From positions 1 through 37,530 of IMG/VR virus record IMGVR_UViG_3300037462_000666: a DNA stretch of 37,530 nt, one strand, 5' to 3'. The notes beneath the pieces were generated by a model that searched no databases, was not told the origin of the DNA, and saw only the letters and a list, made by a program, of their open reading frames with translations. Shown here one piece after another: positions 1 to 9,742 of the stretch. The stretch is from a virus. Lineage: Duplodnaviria > Caudoviricetes. The position numbers and the translations under genes are program-made. Position 1 is the first letter of the stretch, and each line of letters opens with the position of its first letter.

Positions 1-59
1 GCCGGAAGCGGGCTTGCAAGAAGACAGGAGAACAGCAGGGCGGCGGGCTTGAAGCGCAT
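1..59 (-). CDS. Host gene, 5' fragment (N-terminal signal peptide, MRFKPAALLFSCLLASPLP...)
   Basis: ATG at 59 on the - strand followed by a basic then hydrophobic Sec-like signal; runs off the window edge; outside the prophage end. Confidence 0.55.
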   Translation of the reverse strand, partial: MRFKPAALLFSCLLASPLP

Positions 60-121
60 GGCGAGGGGTCCGGCAGGGAGGGGAACAAGCCGACGAGGCT
101 ACGCCGCGAGTGTCAGCGTGG

Positions 122-127
122 AGTGAA
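122..127 (+). repeat. Left copy of 6-bp target-site duplication AGTGAA
   Basis: Identical to 37404..37409 and directly abuts the terminal TGT. Confidence 0.93.
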
Positions 128-173
128 TGTAGCGGCGCTCGATAAATCCGCCCCATTGTGCGCGATAAATGCC
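128..173 (+). repeat. Left phage end with transposase-binding repeats
   Basis: TGT-N6-GCTCGATAAATCCG (137..150) and GCGCGATAAATGCC (160..173). Confidence 0.88.
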
Positions 174-184
174 GCGCCTCGAAG

Positions 185-200
185 TTGCGGGAGCCGCAAC
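185..200 (+). repeat. Subterminal palindromic 16-mer TTGCGGGAGCCGCAAC, left copy
   Basis: Exact direct copy at 37293..37308. Confidence 0.85.
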
Positions 201-225
201 AAGATTGCAGCCCGTGAGGGGCTGA

Positions 226-263
226 CGAACGAAAGAGGCGGCCGGGTCGCCCCAGGCCGCCTC
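226..263 (-). terminator. Probable intrinsic terminator after the last leftward gene
   Basis: GAGGCGGCC/GGCCGCCTC stem followed by TTTCGTTCG on the - strand. Confidence 0.55.
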
Positions 264-287
264 GATCAGGGTGCCGCTGGTTGAGGG

Positions 288-518
288 TCAATCCCCGGCG
301 GACCAGATCCGGTGGGCGGCGTCGTCGCCCACCCAAATGCCGTCCTTGTCCAAGCCCCGGCAGGCGAGTTCGTGTTTGGCCAGGGCGTTGAGGTCGACCT
401 GGCCGCGGGCTACCGCCAGCAGGAAGGTGGTTGAGGCGACCTGAAGCAGCGAGGCCTCGTCAAAGGTGATGCCCGGGAGGCGGGCGGCTTGGATTGCGGT
501 GCGGGCGGCTTGGGTCAT
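288..518 (-). CDS. Small conserved phage/MGE hypothetical protein (76 aa)
   Basis: GGAG RBS before ATG 518; DLNxLAxxELAxRGLDxxGxWVG motif familiar from small prophage proteins. Confidence 0.7.
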   Translation of the reverse strand: MTQAARTAIQAARLPGITFDEASLLQVASTTFLLAVARGQVDLNALAKHELACRGLDKDGIWVGDDAAHRIWSAGD

Positions 519-576
519 GGTCGGTCTCCGTCGTCGGGAGTCCAGTAACGCTCTACCCATGAACGATAGCAAGCGG

Positions 577-1347
577 TCAACGCGACCAAGTTCGATAGAT
601 GACTTCGCGCCGATCAGGGCCGTCGCCGCCGCCGATGGTGTAGCGGATTGGGACCAGCTCGTGGGGCAGCCAATCGAACAGCTTGCGGATGCGCGGATGG
701 TCATTGATGGTCAGGATCGCGTGGCCCTTGAGCGTGCGCAGCGCGGCGGCCAAGGCCTCGTACTGCTCCCAACCGAAGTCGACGCCGTACCCTTCGGTTT
801 CCCAATACGGCGGGTCCAGTAGGAACAGCGTCGTGGGGCGGTCGTAGCGGCTCACACAGGCCTGCCAGGGCAAGTGTTCGATGGTGACCCGGTGCAGGCG
901 CAGGTGCGCCGCAGACAGCTCCTCCTCCAGCCGCAGGAGGTTGATCCGCTTCGCCGCGGTCGGTCCGACGCCGAGAGAGCGCCCTTGCACCTTGCCGCCG
1001 AAGCCGAGCTTCTGCAGATACCAGAACCTGGCCGCTCGTTGGATATCGGTGAGGGTGTCCGGGTGCCGCATCTGCGCCCACCGGTACATCTCCCGGCTGA
1101 CCAGCGACCAACGAAACTGACGCATGAACTCGTCGAGGTGGGCGGCAACCACGCGGTAGAGGCGCACCAGCTCGCCGTCAATGTCGTTGAGCACCTCGAT
1201 CGATGCCGGCTCACGGGCGAAGAGGACGGCAGCGCCGCCCGCGAAGGGCTCGCAATAGCACTTGTGGGGTACCTCCTCCAGCATCGGAAGGAGGGTTGGC
1301 AGCAGCCGGCGTTTGCCGCCTGGCCAGGGAACGATGGATTTGCTCAT
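577..1347 (-). CDS. dam: DNA adenine methyltransferase, D12/Dam class (at the mom-equivalent position)
   Basis: PWPGGK, EPFAGGA (motif I), NDID and DPPY (motif IV). Confidence 0.95.
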   Translation of the reverse strand: MSKSIVPWPGGKRRLLPTLLPMLEEVPHKCYCEPFAGGAAVLFAREPASIEVLNDIDGELVRLYRVVAAHLDEFMRQFRWSLVSREMYRWAQMRHPDTLTDIQRAARFWYLQKLGFGGKVQGRSLGVGPTAAKRINLLRLEEELSAAHLRLHRVTIEHLPWQACVSRYDRPTTLFLLDPPYWETEGYGVDFGWEQYEALAAALRTLKGHAILTINDHPRIRKLFDWLPHELVPIRYTIGGGDGPDRREVIYRTWSR

Positions 1348-1371
1348 GTCTCAGCCTGTGAGAGGGGATTG

Positions 1372-1480
1372 ACCGAGCCTGCGCATCCCTCGCGAGGGGG
1401 ACGGAGCCTTGCTCGGCTTTCCACGGCGAAGACGTGGGATTTCGAGGGCTGGGCGGCGCGCCAACGCCGTCCAGCCGCTC
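1372..1480 (-). ncRNA. Candidate structured cis-regulatory RNA leader of the methylase
   Basis: Three consecutive stem-loops (1444..1480, 1421..1437, 1373..1416) fill the intergenic gap; no com ORF. Confidence 0.5.
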
Positions 1481-1495
1481 TGTTTCTGCGCGTGG

Positions 1496-2311
1496 CTACA
1501 TCAGCTCGACGAAGCGCATGCCTGCCGTCAGCTGGTCGCCGCCGGCGTGTTCGAGCTGCAGGCCCTCGGTGCAGTGGCCGTAGAAGCCCAGCCGGTGCAT
1601 TGAGTGGGCGTCCGTCCTGGGCGTCGCGAAGACGTGCCGCGTGGTGCCGATGCGCATAGCGAGCTGCTGCAGATCCATGACCGAGTTGTCGCCCGTGCCG
1701 ATGCAGTCGCCGAGCGGGGCCGCGCCGTAGCGCAGCTCCAAGGTCCGTGCCTTCTGCTCAAGCGATTCGTAGCCCTGTCGGCCCCGGGAGATAGCCATCT
1801 GCCCGGGGTCCATGACACCCGCGCGCCACGGCCGAAGGATCGCCGTCGACGGTCGCCAGAACGGGCCGGCCCACATGCGGCCGATCGAGAAGGCGCCGAG
1901 TCCTCCGCTGACCGCGCTGATGTCGATGAACGCACCGCGCGCAGTGACTGGCGTGGGCAGGATCAGCATGTCGTGTCGAAGGAAGCCATCCGGGTACGCC
2001 TGTGGGGCGCGGACGATCGTGTCGAAGTAGACGTTGGCGCCGCCAACGTTGAGATATCCGAAGCGGAAGCGGACGTTGGAAAGCGTGGTGAATCGGAAGT
2101 CGAGCAGCCCCATCGCCGAGAGCGGCCGGCTGTCGTTCCAGAACGCGACCAGCTGAATCAGGCCGCCGGTATTGTTCGAGCTGCCCCACACGTCGCTGAG
2201 CTGGGGCGAGCGCAGGTTCGCGATGGTCCCGATCACGTTGCTCGTGCCGGTCGCGTTCAGGGCCGTGGCCGTGGGGGTCACCCAATTCTCGTACGCGATG
2301 CCACCGCTCAT
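1496..2311 (-). CDS. Tail-tip/distal tail protein (271 aa)
   Basis: ATGA overlap with the upstream tail gene; beta-rich; last gene of the tail block. Confidence 0.7.
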   Translation of the reverse strand: MSGGIAYENWVTPTATALNATGTSNVIGTIANLRSPQLSDVWGSSNNTGGLIQLVAFWNDSRPLSAMGLLDFRFTTLSNVRFRFGYLNVGGANVYFDTIVRAPQAYPDGFLRHDMLILPTPVTARGAFIDISAVSGGLGAFSIGRMWAGPFWRPSTAILRPWRAGVMDPGQMAISRGRQGYESLEQKARTLELRYGAAPLGDCIGTGDNSVMDLQQLAMRIGTTRHVFATPRTDAHSMHRLGFYGHCTEGLQLEHAGGDQLTAGMRFVELM

Positions 2312-3849
2312 CCCTTGTCTCCTTCCACAAAGCTCGGGCCTTCGCCCCAAAGATCGAGCGTGACCCGCCGACTGCCGAGTTCGCCCTTCACGCCGATGAC
2401 ATTCAGCAGGCGCCCCGCGGCCAGCCCGAAGCGCGGCAAGGTAAGGCGCACCACCGAGCCCAGCGGCAGCGTCGCTGCGGTCAACGCATCGAGCAGCACG
2501 GGCACGCGGTACCACCACTTCGGCCCTGCCCACAGGGTCCCGCGGCGGCTCGCCTCGTCCGTGGTGCCAGCGATCGTGGTGAACAGCGTCGGCATGCCCG
2601 CGAGCGCGCTCTCGGCTCGCTGGAGCGCACCTATGGCGCGAGCGCGCGCGTAGTCACTGGCCACCGAGAACGGCACACGGAACCTGAAGTCGCGGGACTG
2701 CTCCACACCGGCGTTGGTGTCGCGAACGCTGCCCGCCTGTTCGGACGACGTCAGCACGTGCCAGTTCCGGGCGCCACAGACGATCGAGGACAGACCAGGT
2801 GCTGAGTCGAACTCGACCTGCACAGGCCCGTCGAGGCGCGAGCGGTTGATCTCCAGCACCGGCGAGCCGCTCGGCAGTCGCAGTGCCTGCATCCGAAGCA
2901 CGCCGTCGGTGCCAATGCTCCACCAGCCGCCGATGGTGTCGGCCAGCTCATCGAGCACCTGCGCGTAGGTCTCTGCCTGGGAACACCAGCGCCCCATGAG
3001 CGGAAGACCGAGGGACGTGCTAAGCGCGTCGATGCCAGCGAGATCAATCCGAGCGCTCGACCAGCCTCGCCGGGTCTGCAGCAGGTACGCGACGATGCGG
3101 GGCAAGCGCCCGTTGTCCAAGCCCGAACCAGGGCCGGGGCCGAACGCGGTGCAGGTGATTCGCCCCGCGCTTGCCTGGAGAAGCCGGAAGCCGAAGGTGG
3201 GCGCGATGTTGTGATCGGCCCACTGAGTACCGGCGGTCAGAAGCACGCCCGAGTCGCGAACCTCAGTGACTGCGGTGAGCCCCGATCCCGCGACGGCAGA
3301 ATCATGGATGCCGAAGCGTAGCAGTGTCGGCTCGGTCGACAGCGCAGGAACCCCGAGGCAGTGCCCCAAGGTGACCGGATAGGGCGTGCCAGCGAGTGGC
3401 CCCGAGGGAATAGTCGCCTCCTGCAGGGGCACTTCCAGCTCGCGCGTCGCATCGCCCAGCACCAGGCGCACGGCAGACTCGCCCACGGACTCCAAACGCT
3501 CGACGATGGCGCGCGCAACGATCGGCATCGACGCCACGGTCGTGGCTTCAGTACCGAGCCGGATGCGGACGACACGCCCCCGCAGCGGCAGGCTCAACAG
3601 GTCATCGAGCGCGCCGTCCGTGTTGATCAGTTCGATCGCGCCGACACCTGCGGTCGCGCGTCCACCCTTTGACCAGTACACCGTGTTTGCGCGACGCTCG
3701 AATGCGATGCCGCGGCCGCCAGGCAGCCTCGCTTGCGCGTAGACGCCCGCAGACGGATCGATGTAGCGACCATCCGAGTACCAACGGCTGCCGGAGCCGG
3801 TTTCCAGCTCAACCAGCACACGCGGAAGACCCTGCGTCGCGAATGTCAC
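2308..3849 (-). CDS. Tail tip / baseplate hub-like protein (513 aa)
   Basis: Immediately follows the tape measure; typical siphovirus tip position; IELxNxDG and C-terminal LGxVVRLTxPRFGL pattern. Confidence 0.7.
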   Translation of the reverse strand: MTFATQGLPRVLVELETGSGSRWYSDGRYIDPSAGVYAQARLPGGRGIAFERRANTVYWSKGGRATAGVGAIELINTDGALDDLLSLPLRGRVVRIRLGTEATTVASMPIVARAIVERLESVGESAVRLVLGDATRELEVPLQEATIPSGPLAGTPYPVTLGHCLGVPALSTEPTLLRFGIHDSAVAGSGLTAVTEVRDSGVLLTAGTQWADHNIAPTFGFRLLQASAGRITCTAFGPGPGSGLDNGRLPRIVAYLLQTRRGWSSARIDLAGIDALSTSLGLPLMGRWCSQAETYAQVLDELADTIGGWWSIGTDGVLRMQALRLPSGSPVLEINRSRLDGPVQVEFDSAPGLSSIVCGARNWHVLTSSEQAGSVRDTNAGVEQSRDFRFRVPFSVASDYARARAIGALQRAESALAGMPTLFTTIAGTTDEASRRGTLWAGPKWWYRVPVLLDALTAATLPLGSVVRLTLPRFGLAAGRLLNVIGVKGELGSRRVTLDLWGEGPSFVEGDKG

Positions 3850-3850
3850 C

Positions 3851-6800
3851 TCAAGCTCCCATCATCATGCGGTCGTAGGCCCGGCGCTGCTCGTCCGTCA
3901 GCTCGCGCGTGCCTTCGCGCTGCGCACGCTCCAGATCCTGCAGGCGTGTCTCCAGCGCGCGCTGGCCGCGGCTGTTCTCTTCGCGCAGAGCGCGCAGCTC
4001 TACCACGACGGCGGCCGAGTCGCCGCCCGCCGGCCCCAGCGTCAGGCCAGAGCGACGAGCAAAGTCCGCCACCGCGGCGGGCAGGATGGTTTCACCGCGG
4101 TGAATCAGTGCCGGACCGGTGCGTGGCACGAAGGCAGTGCCAACGTCGAAGCTTTCGAGGCCGCCCGCGACCTCGGGCAGGTTGCGACGACCGATCGCCT
4201 CAATCGCGAGGCGGATGGCGCCCAGCTCGACGAGCTGCGCTGTCGCGGTCGCGTTGATGTCGCGCAGGGTGCTCAGCTCGCTGATCACGGGAGGCGGCGC
4301 GATGCCGGCGAAGAACGGCGCGAGCATGTCGCGGATCGCGGGAGGCATGGCGCTGATCGCCCTCTCCGCGTCTTCAACGGCCGCGGTCGCATCCGCGTCC
4401 GTGGTGGCAGTCCGGATGGTATCGAGCGGTTCGGTCAGCTGGGTGCGGAACTCCTCCGGGATCGATTGCAGGGTCTGATCCAGCGCCTGGTTGAGCAAGG
4501 ACTGCCGGTCTGCGAGGTCGCCCAGCTCGATGCCGACGTTCGTAGCCAGTTCGGCCACGTCGATACCCAGCTGCCGCGCCAGGGCAGTCAAGCTGACGGC
4601 GGTCTCGGCGCTCAGCTCCTCCAGGTTGATGCCCAGGTCAGCAGCCAAGGCGGTGAGATTCAGCCCGATGGTTTGCGCGACCTCTGTCAGAGGCTCGCCG
4701 GTGCGCTCGATCAACTCGCGCACCATCAGACCCAGCTCGCGGACCATTTCCTCGCGCTGCGCGGCCAACTGCTCATCGAGCAGCGCATCGCGCTGGTCGT
4801 AGAGCGCCTGCAGCTCCGGAGAGACGTAGGGCGAACCGACTCCGGCACCGCCGACGCTGCCTGCGCCGCCGGTGCTGCCTGTGCCCGGGTCTGCGAGCTG
4901 GAGCCCCAGCAGGCCCTGCATGCGCGCGCGGACGTAGGCCTCGGTGTCAGTGAACTGCTGGCCGCTGGCGCTGAAGTCGCGCTCCTCGCGCAGCAGCAGG
5001 TCAGCCAGCTGAGTGACCCGCTGCAATGCGTCGACGTCGCCGCTTTGAGCAGCCGCGACAGCTTCGTCGAACTGGCGACGCGCCTCGGCCAGGCGCTGCT
5101 CAGGCGTGAGGCTTGAGGTGTCGCCCAGCAGCTGGCTGTCCAGCCAGGCGCGGATGTTCTGCAGCGCCGACAGCTGCGCCTGGTAGACGCCGCGCGCGGC
5201 GTCGCCGACCTCCGAGATGCTGCCGATCTGGCTGTCGGTGCTGGCGCGCTGGGCTTCCTCAATCTCGCGGATCTGCGCGTCGATATCGTCGAGCGGCGAG
5301 CCATACAGATCCTGGACGAGGTCAGCCGCCGCCTGCCGCAGGCGAGCGATCGCCGCGGCTGCGCGCTGCGAGGCGATCTGGTGCACGAGCGCCAGGTCCT
5401 CTTCCGCAGCGGCCTGCATCCCGGCAGCCCGGGCGGCTTCGTGAAGGGCCTCGCGGGCGTCAGCCGCCCAGCGGTCGATATCGCGCATCTCGCGCGCGAA
5501 GTCGCTCATGCCTGCCGAGGTCAGCTCGTCGCGCAAATCGGCCACCATGGTCTGGTAGTCCTGCGCGGCCTGCATCTGTGAGGCCAGCGCGTCGGCCTCG
5601 CTCTCCTGCTGGTCTTCGAGCAGCTGGTAGTAGGCATCGGCGGTTCCGCGCAACCGCAGCAGCGTGGCGATCTGGGCCTGTCCGCTTTCCGTAGTCGCAT
5701 CCAGGCTCTGCATAAGCGCCCACATCGCCGCGCGCGTCGCAGGCACTTCAAGTCCCGCTTCCGCGAAGGCCCGCGCCAGATCGCTCTGAAGCAGCTCGAA
5801 CTTTCGAGCCTCTGGAGCAAACGCGTCGATGAAGCCGCTCATCCCGGAGATGAACTCTTCAATGCCGCCGACCATCTCGATCAGCGACTCACTGATCTGG
5901 GCGAACTGCTCCGGGCCGACCGCGTCGAGCGAGAAGCCGAGGCGGTCCAGCGCCTCGCGGGTGACCTGCACGCCGGTAGCCACGCGCACGAGGGTCTCGC
6001 CGAGTCCTTCGCCGAGCCTCTGGAACTGCCCAAGGAACGGCACCACGCCGCCTGCGATGCCATCGAACATCGCTGAGAAGACGGCCAACAGCTCCGCCTG
6101 CTTCTCCTCGGCAGAGAGGTCTTTCAAGCTGATGCGGACAACTTCGACTTGGAACGCGTCGAGGGCATCCTGGATCTCGTCCGGCAGCAGGCCGAGCGCC
6201 AGCGCGCCCTGGCGGACAGTTTCGACCAGGCTGTCCACAATGAGCTGGAACTGCGCCTCAAACTCCTCGCCGACCGGCTGGAGCTCTTCTCGCGTGCGCC
6301 TGCTGCCGAATCGCCAGCGACGGTACTGCTGCTCTTGATATGCGCTTACGCCGATGTCGGACAGGCTCGAACCGCTGATCGCCAGCCCTTCATCCGTCAC
6401 GCGCTGCGAGCCGCCGAGGATGCCCAGCGGATCGAGCACGCGGTCTGCGAGACTGCCGAACATGCCGCCCATCCAGGCCGCGCCGAAGTTGAACGCACCC
6501 GGCACGCCTTCGAAATCAGCTTGACCTGCACCGCGCGCCAGCATGCCGCCCGCTGAGTCGATGCCGCTGCGCAGCTCCTGCAAGGCACGAAGCATGCTGC
6601 GGCTGAGTCCGGGCAGCTGAGAGGTTGCGTCCGCGATGATGTCCAGCGCGGATTGGATGGATTCCGATTTGGCATTGACGTCGCCAAGCACAGTGCCGGT
6701 GCCCTGGCGCTCTTGGCGAATCGCCGCAGTATCGGTGAAGCCACTGCTACCACCGAACGTGCCGATGCTGCCTGCCAGGTTGGCGATCAACGGCGCGATC

Positions 6801-9349
6801 GCCGCGGCCATGGCTGCCATCCGGAAGGGCGCGCTCATCGGCTCGCCGGCGCCCTGGTTGAGAATCGCGAGAATGCCCTGGACCAAGGCCAGGGCATCGA
6901 TCGCGACTTGCATCTTGCGGAATTCTTCGCTGCCGGTCTTGGTCAGCGACTGCATGCCCCGGAGCGCTTCCGAAGTTGCATCGACGATGCCGGCGCCGAG
7001 CGAGCCCCGCACCTCACCCAGAATGCCCTGCAGCCGCGCCATCGCGGCCTGAAGTTCCTCCACCGACTCCGTGCCTTTCCCAGCAAGTGCCAGCTCAAGT
7101 GCATCGCCCACCAGCTTGATGTCCTGCAGCAGGCGGTTCATCGGCGTATCGGCGAGGTCGGCCAGCACGTCTTCAACCGAGCGCGTGGCCTCCTGGCTCT
7201 CTTCGACGGCGTCTTCGAGATTCTTGGTGAACTCCCTTGCTGCGTTGTCACGCGCTTGGGCAAGGCCGGCAACGGCCTCGGCGGATAGCGCGTTCGTCGC
7301 CGCCAGGGTCCTTTCGATATCGAGCAGCTGCGTCAGCTCATCGCGATACGCAATGGCTGCCGCCACGCCGGGGCCGCCCAGCGCGATGGCCTGTCGGTCG
7401 AGGATTTTCGAGAGTTCGGTGCTGGCCTGTGCCGAGCGACGGTTCGCCTGGTCCAGCTCGCGCTGGGCCTTGGCTGCCTCGGTGGTGGCACGGCGCGTCT
7501 CGTTGGCCGCACGCTGCTGCGCGGTGCGGGTTGCCTCCAGCTGCTCGACCAGGCGCACGTACTCGGCACCGAGTGCTTCGACCTCCGACCGGCTGCGACC
7601 CGTAGCCACGCCAGTGGTGATGAACTCCGCGGCCAGCTTCTGCGCGTAGCCCACCACGCCGAGCTGGGCCTTCTCCAGCGCCGTCGCCGCAGCCTCGGAG
7701 CCCTCGGTGATCTGCTGGTACAGATCATCGAACTTCGCGTCCGCAGCGATACGGCTCGAAAGCCCCAGTAGGGCGCCGTAGGCGTCGGCAATGCCGTCAA
7801 GCGCTGCACTCACGCCGTCAGAGTTGGCGAGCTGGTCGATCGAGGCCTGCAGCGCATCCAACTCCGGCGCAAGCTGCTGGCGCAGGGTGTCGGCGAGGCG
7901 CGCGCTTTGCTGGTCATGCTCGGCAATGCGCTCGGTCAGCTCCCGCCACCGCTGGGCGGTCTCAGTGCTGTTCACGTCGCCTGCGACCAGGCCTGCGTTG
8001 TTGATCAGGTCGCGGTAGGTCTCGGTCAGCCGCTCCAGCTCGATCCGGTTCGCTCGGATCTCTTCCGATTCGCGCGCGAACGCTGCGATCGAGGTGGCTA
8101 CATCCGGCCGGCGCAGCGACGAGTACTGCTGCCACTGGCCGTTGAGTTCGCGCACCCGATCGGTCGACTGCTCCACCGAATCGACGCCCGCCTTGAACGC
8201 GGCATCGCGCGCCTCTTCGGCGTCCATCGCTGCCTTGATTCCCAGCGCCAGGCCGCCGATGGCAAGCACGGCCACGCCGACCGGGCCACCGACAAGGGTG
8301 AGCAGGCTTGCGCCGATCGTGCGACTCGCGATTGCGAAGCCGCTGGCGCTGGTGGTGGCAATCACCATTGCAGCTGACACAGCCTTGAGAGTTGCCACCG
8401 AGGGCAGCAGCGCCGGCACGAAGCGGGCGCCGTAGACCACGGCAGCCGCAAGGGTCACTTCCGCAAGCAGGTCCAGGTTCTGCGCCACCAGCTGGATCGC
8501 GCCGGCAACCGCCTGCGATGCGCCGAAGGTCTGGTCGGACTCACCGATGAACTGCACCGCGGCGTTCTTCAGCTGCTGCATCGAGCGGGCGATGGTCAGC
8601 GGCAGCTGGGCGAACTCTTCGGCGATCGCATCGGCCTGGTCGCCGGTGAGCGCTCTACGCAACACATCGGCAGTGAGCTGCCCATCTTCGGCCAGGCCGC
8701 GCAGCTCGCCACGGGTGACGCCAAGGCTTGCGGCCAAGGCCTGCATGAGGCGCGGTGCGGCTTCGTTGACGGAGTTGAACTCATCGCCGCGCAGTGCGCC
8801 GGCCGCAAAGGCCTGGCTCAGCTGGGTGATTGCACCCGCTGCAGCGCCGCCGCCGGTGCCGGAAACGGCAAAGGCCTTGTTTACCGTCTCGGTGATGCGT
8901 AGCACCTCGGCTTGGCTCGCGCCCACGTCGCCCAGGGCGCCATCCAGTCGCGTGTACAGTCCGACCGTGGCTTCGAGCTGCGAGGACGTGTCCTGCGCAA
9001 TGCGGAACGCGTCGGACTGGCCGCGCGAGAACTCGGCCTGCGTATCGGTGACCAGGCGAATGCGCGCCTGCATGTCGGAGTACGCATCCGCGGCTCCTGC
9101 AAGCGCGCGCACACCCTCGATCGAGACCCACGCGGCGCCGAGCGCGAGCACCTCGTTGCGCACCTTGCTGATCTGCGCCGTGAGGAAGTCCGCGCCCTGG
9201 GCCGTGCGATCCATCGACCGCGTCGCGCGGTCTGCTGTCGACTCCGCCGCAGGACCGATGCTGCCGATCGCATCACGCGCCTGGCCGGCGCCAGCGCCGA
9301 CGCCATCGGCGTTCATCGTCATGCGAAGGGTTACGGTCTGGTCTGCCAC
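3851..9349 (-). CDS. Tail tape measure protein (1832 aa)
   Basis: Tape-measure N domain (QLSQAFAAGALRGDEFNSV), Ala-rich helical body, C-terminal FDVGT...IHRGE motif. Confidence 0.95.
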   Translation of the reverse strand: MADQTVTLRMTMNADGVGAGAGQARDAIGSIGPAAESTADRATRSMDRTAQGADFLTAQISKVRNEVLALGAAWVSIEGVRALAGAADAYSDMQARIRLVTDTQAEFSRGQSDAFRIAQDTSSQLEATVGLYTRLDGALGDVGASQAEVLRITETVNKAFAVSGTGGGAAAGAITQLSQAFAAGALRGDEFNSVNEAAPRLMQALAASLGVTRGELRGLAEDGQLTADVLRRALTGDQADAIAEEFAQLPLTIARSMQQLKNAAVQFIGESDQTFGASQAVAGAIQLVAQNLDLLAEVTLAAAVVYGARFVPALLPSVATLKAVSAAMVIATTSASGFAIASRTIGASLLTLVGGPVGVAVLAIGGLALGIKAAMDAEEARDAAFKAGVDSVEQSTDRVRELNGQWQQYSSLRRPDVATSIAAFARESEEIRANRIELERLTETYRDLINNAGLVAGDVNSTETAQRWRELTERIAEHDQQSARLADTLRQQLAPELDALQASIDQLANSDGVSAALDGIADAYGALLGLSSRIAADAKFDDLYQQITEGSEAAATALEKAQLGVVGYAQKLAAEFITTGVATGRSRSEVEALGAEYVRLVEQLEATRTAQQRAANETRRATTEAAKAQRELDQANRRSAQASTELSKILDRQAIALGGPGVAAAIAYRDELTQLLDIERTLAATNALSAEAVAGLAQARDNAAREFTKNLEDAVEESQEATRSVEDVLADLADTPMNRLLQDIKLVGDALELALAGKGTESVEELQAAMARLQGILGEVRGSLGAGIVDATSEALRGMQSLTKTGSEEFRKMQVAIDALALVQGILAILNQGAGEPMSAPFRMAAMAAAIAPLIANLAGSIGTFGGSSGFTDTAAIRQERQGTGTVLGDVNAKSESIQSALDIIADATSQLPGLSRSMLRALQELRSGIDSAGGMLARGAGQADFEGVPGAFNFGAAWMGGMFGSLADRVLDPLGILGGSQRVTDEGLAISGSSLSDIGVSAYQEQQYRRWRFGSRRTREELQPVGEEFEAQFQLIVDSLVETVRQGALALGLLPDEIQDALDAFQVEVVRISLKDLSAEEKQAELLAVFSAMFDGIAGGVVPFLGQFQRLGEGLGETLVRVATGVQVTREALDRLGFSLDAVGPEQFAQISESLIEMVGGIEEFISGMSGFIDAFAPEARKFELLQSDLARAFAEAGLEVPATRAAMWALMQSLDATTESGQAQIATLLRLRGTADAYYQLLEDQQESEADALASQMQAAQDYQTMVADLRDELTSAGMSDFAREMRDIDRWAADAREALHEAARAAGMQAAAEEDLALVHQIASQRAAAAIARLRQAAADLVQDLYGSPLDDIDAQIREIEEAQRASTDSQIGSISEVGDAARGVYQAQLSALQNIRAWLDSQLLGDTSSLTPEQRLAEARRQFDEAVAAAQSGDVDALQRVTQLADLLLREERDFSASGQQFTDTEAYVRARMQGLLGLQLADPGTGSTGGAGSVGGAGVGSPYVSPELQALYDQRDALLDEQLAAQREEMVRELGLMVRELIERTGEPLTEVAQTIGLNLTALAADLGINLEELSAETAVSLTALARQLGIDVAELATNVGIELGDLADRQSLLNQALDQTLQSIPEEFRTQLTEPLDTIRTATTDADATAAVEDAERAISAMPPAIRDMLAPFFAGIAPPPVISELSTLRDINATATAQLVELGAIRLAIEAIGRRNLPEVAGGLESFDVGTAFVPRTGPALIHRGETILPAAVADFARRSGLTLGPAGGDSAAVVVELRALREENSRGQRALETRLQDLERAQREGTRELTDEQRRAYDRMMMGA

Positions 9350-9380
9350 GGGCTCTCCTACTTGGCCGGGGTCGGCGTTC

Positions 9381-9742
9381 TCATCGCTTGGCGTTGAGCA
9401 GCGGCCGCGCTGCTGCCACCAGACACGCCACCCGCTCGCTCACGTCTTCCCAGCTCTGCCTTGGCACCCGATGCACCAGCAGTGCGGATCGCAGTTCGGA
9501 TTGGGATATGCCCTGCCACATCGCTGCGCCGTAGCCCATCAGCAGGGTCCACTGGCAGGCCCGGTAGATGCGCACCGCGAGCCAGTTGCAGGGCAGCACG
9601 TCCACCTTGTTGCTCTGCGGTGTGCCCTCGACGCGGGCGATCACCTCAGCGGGTGCGCCGAACGCTCTCAGCTGTTCGGCGACGCCCTTGGTATCGATCG
9701 ACTTGCGGCCGCCGCTCAGCGCTTCGGCGACCGCTTCGAGTT
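9381..9742 (-). CDS. Tail assembly chaperone GT extension (DUF1799-like), reached by -1 frameshift
   Basis: -1 frame is open from the slippery site: KLEAVAEAL...VLPCNWLAVRIYRACQW...GI. Confidence 0.8.
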
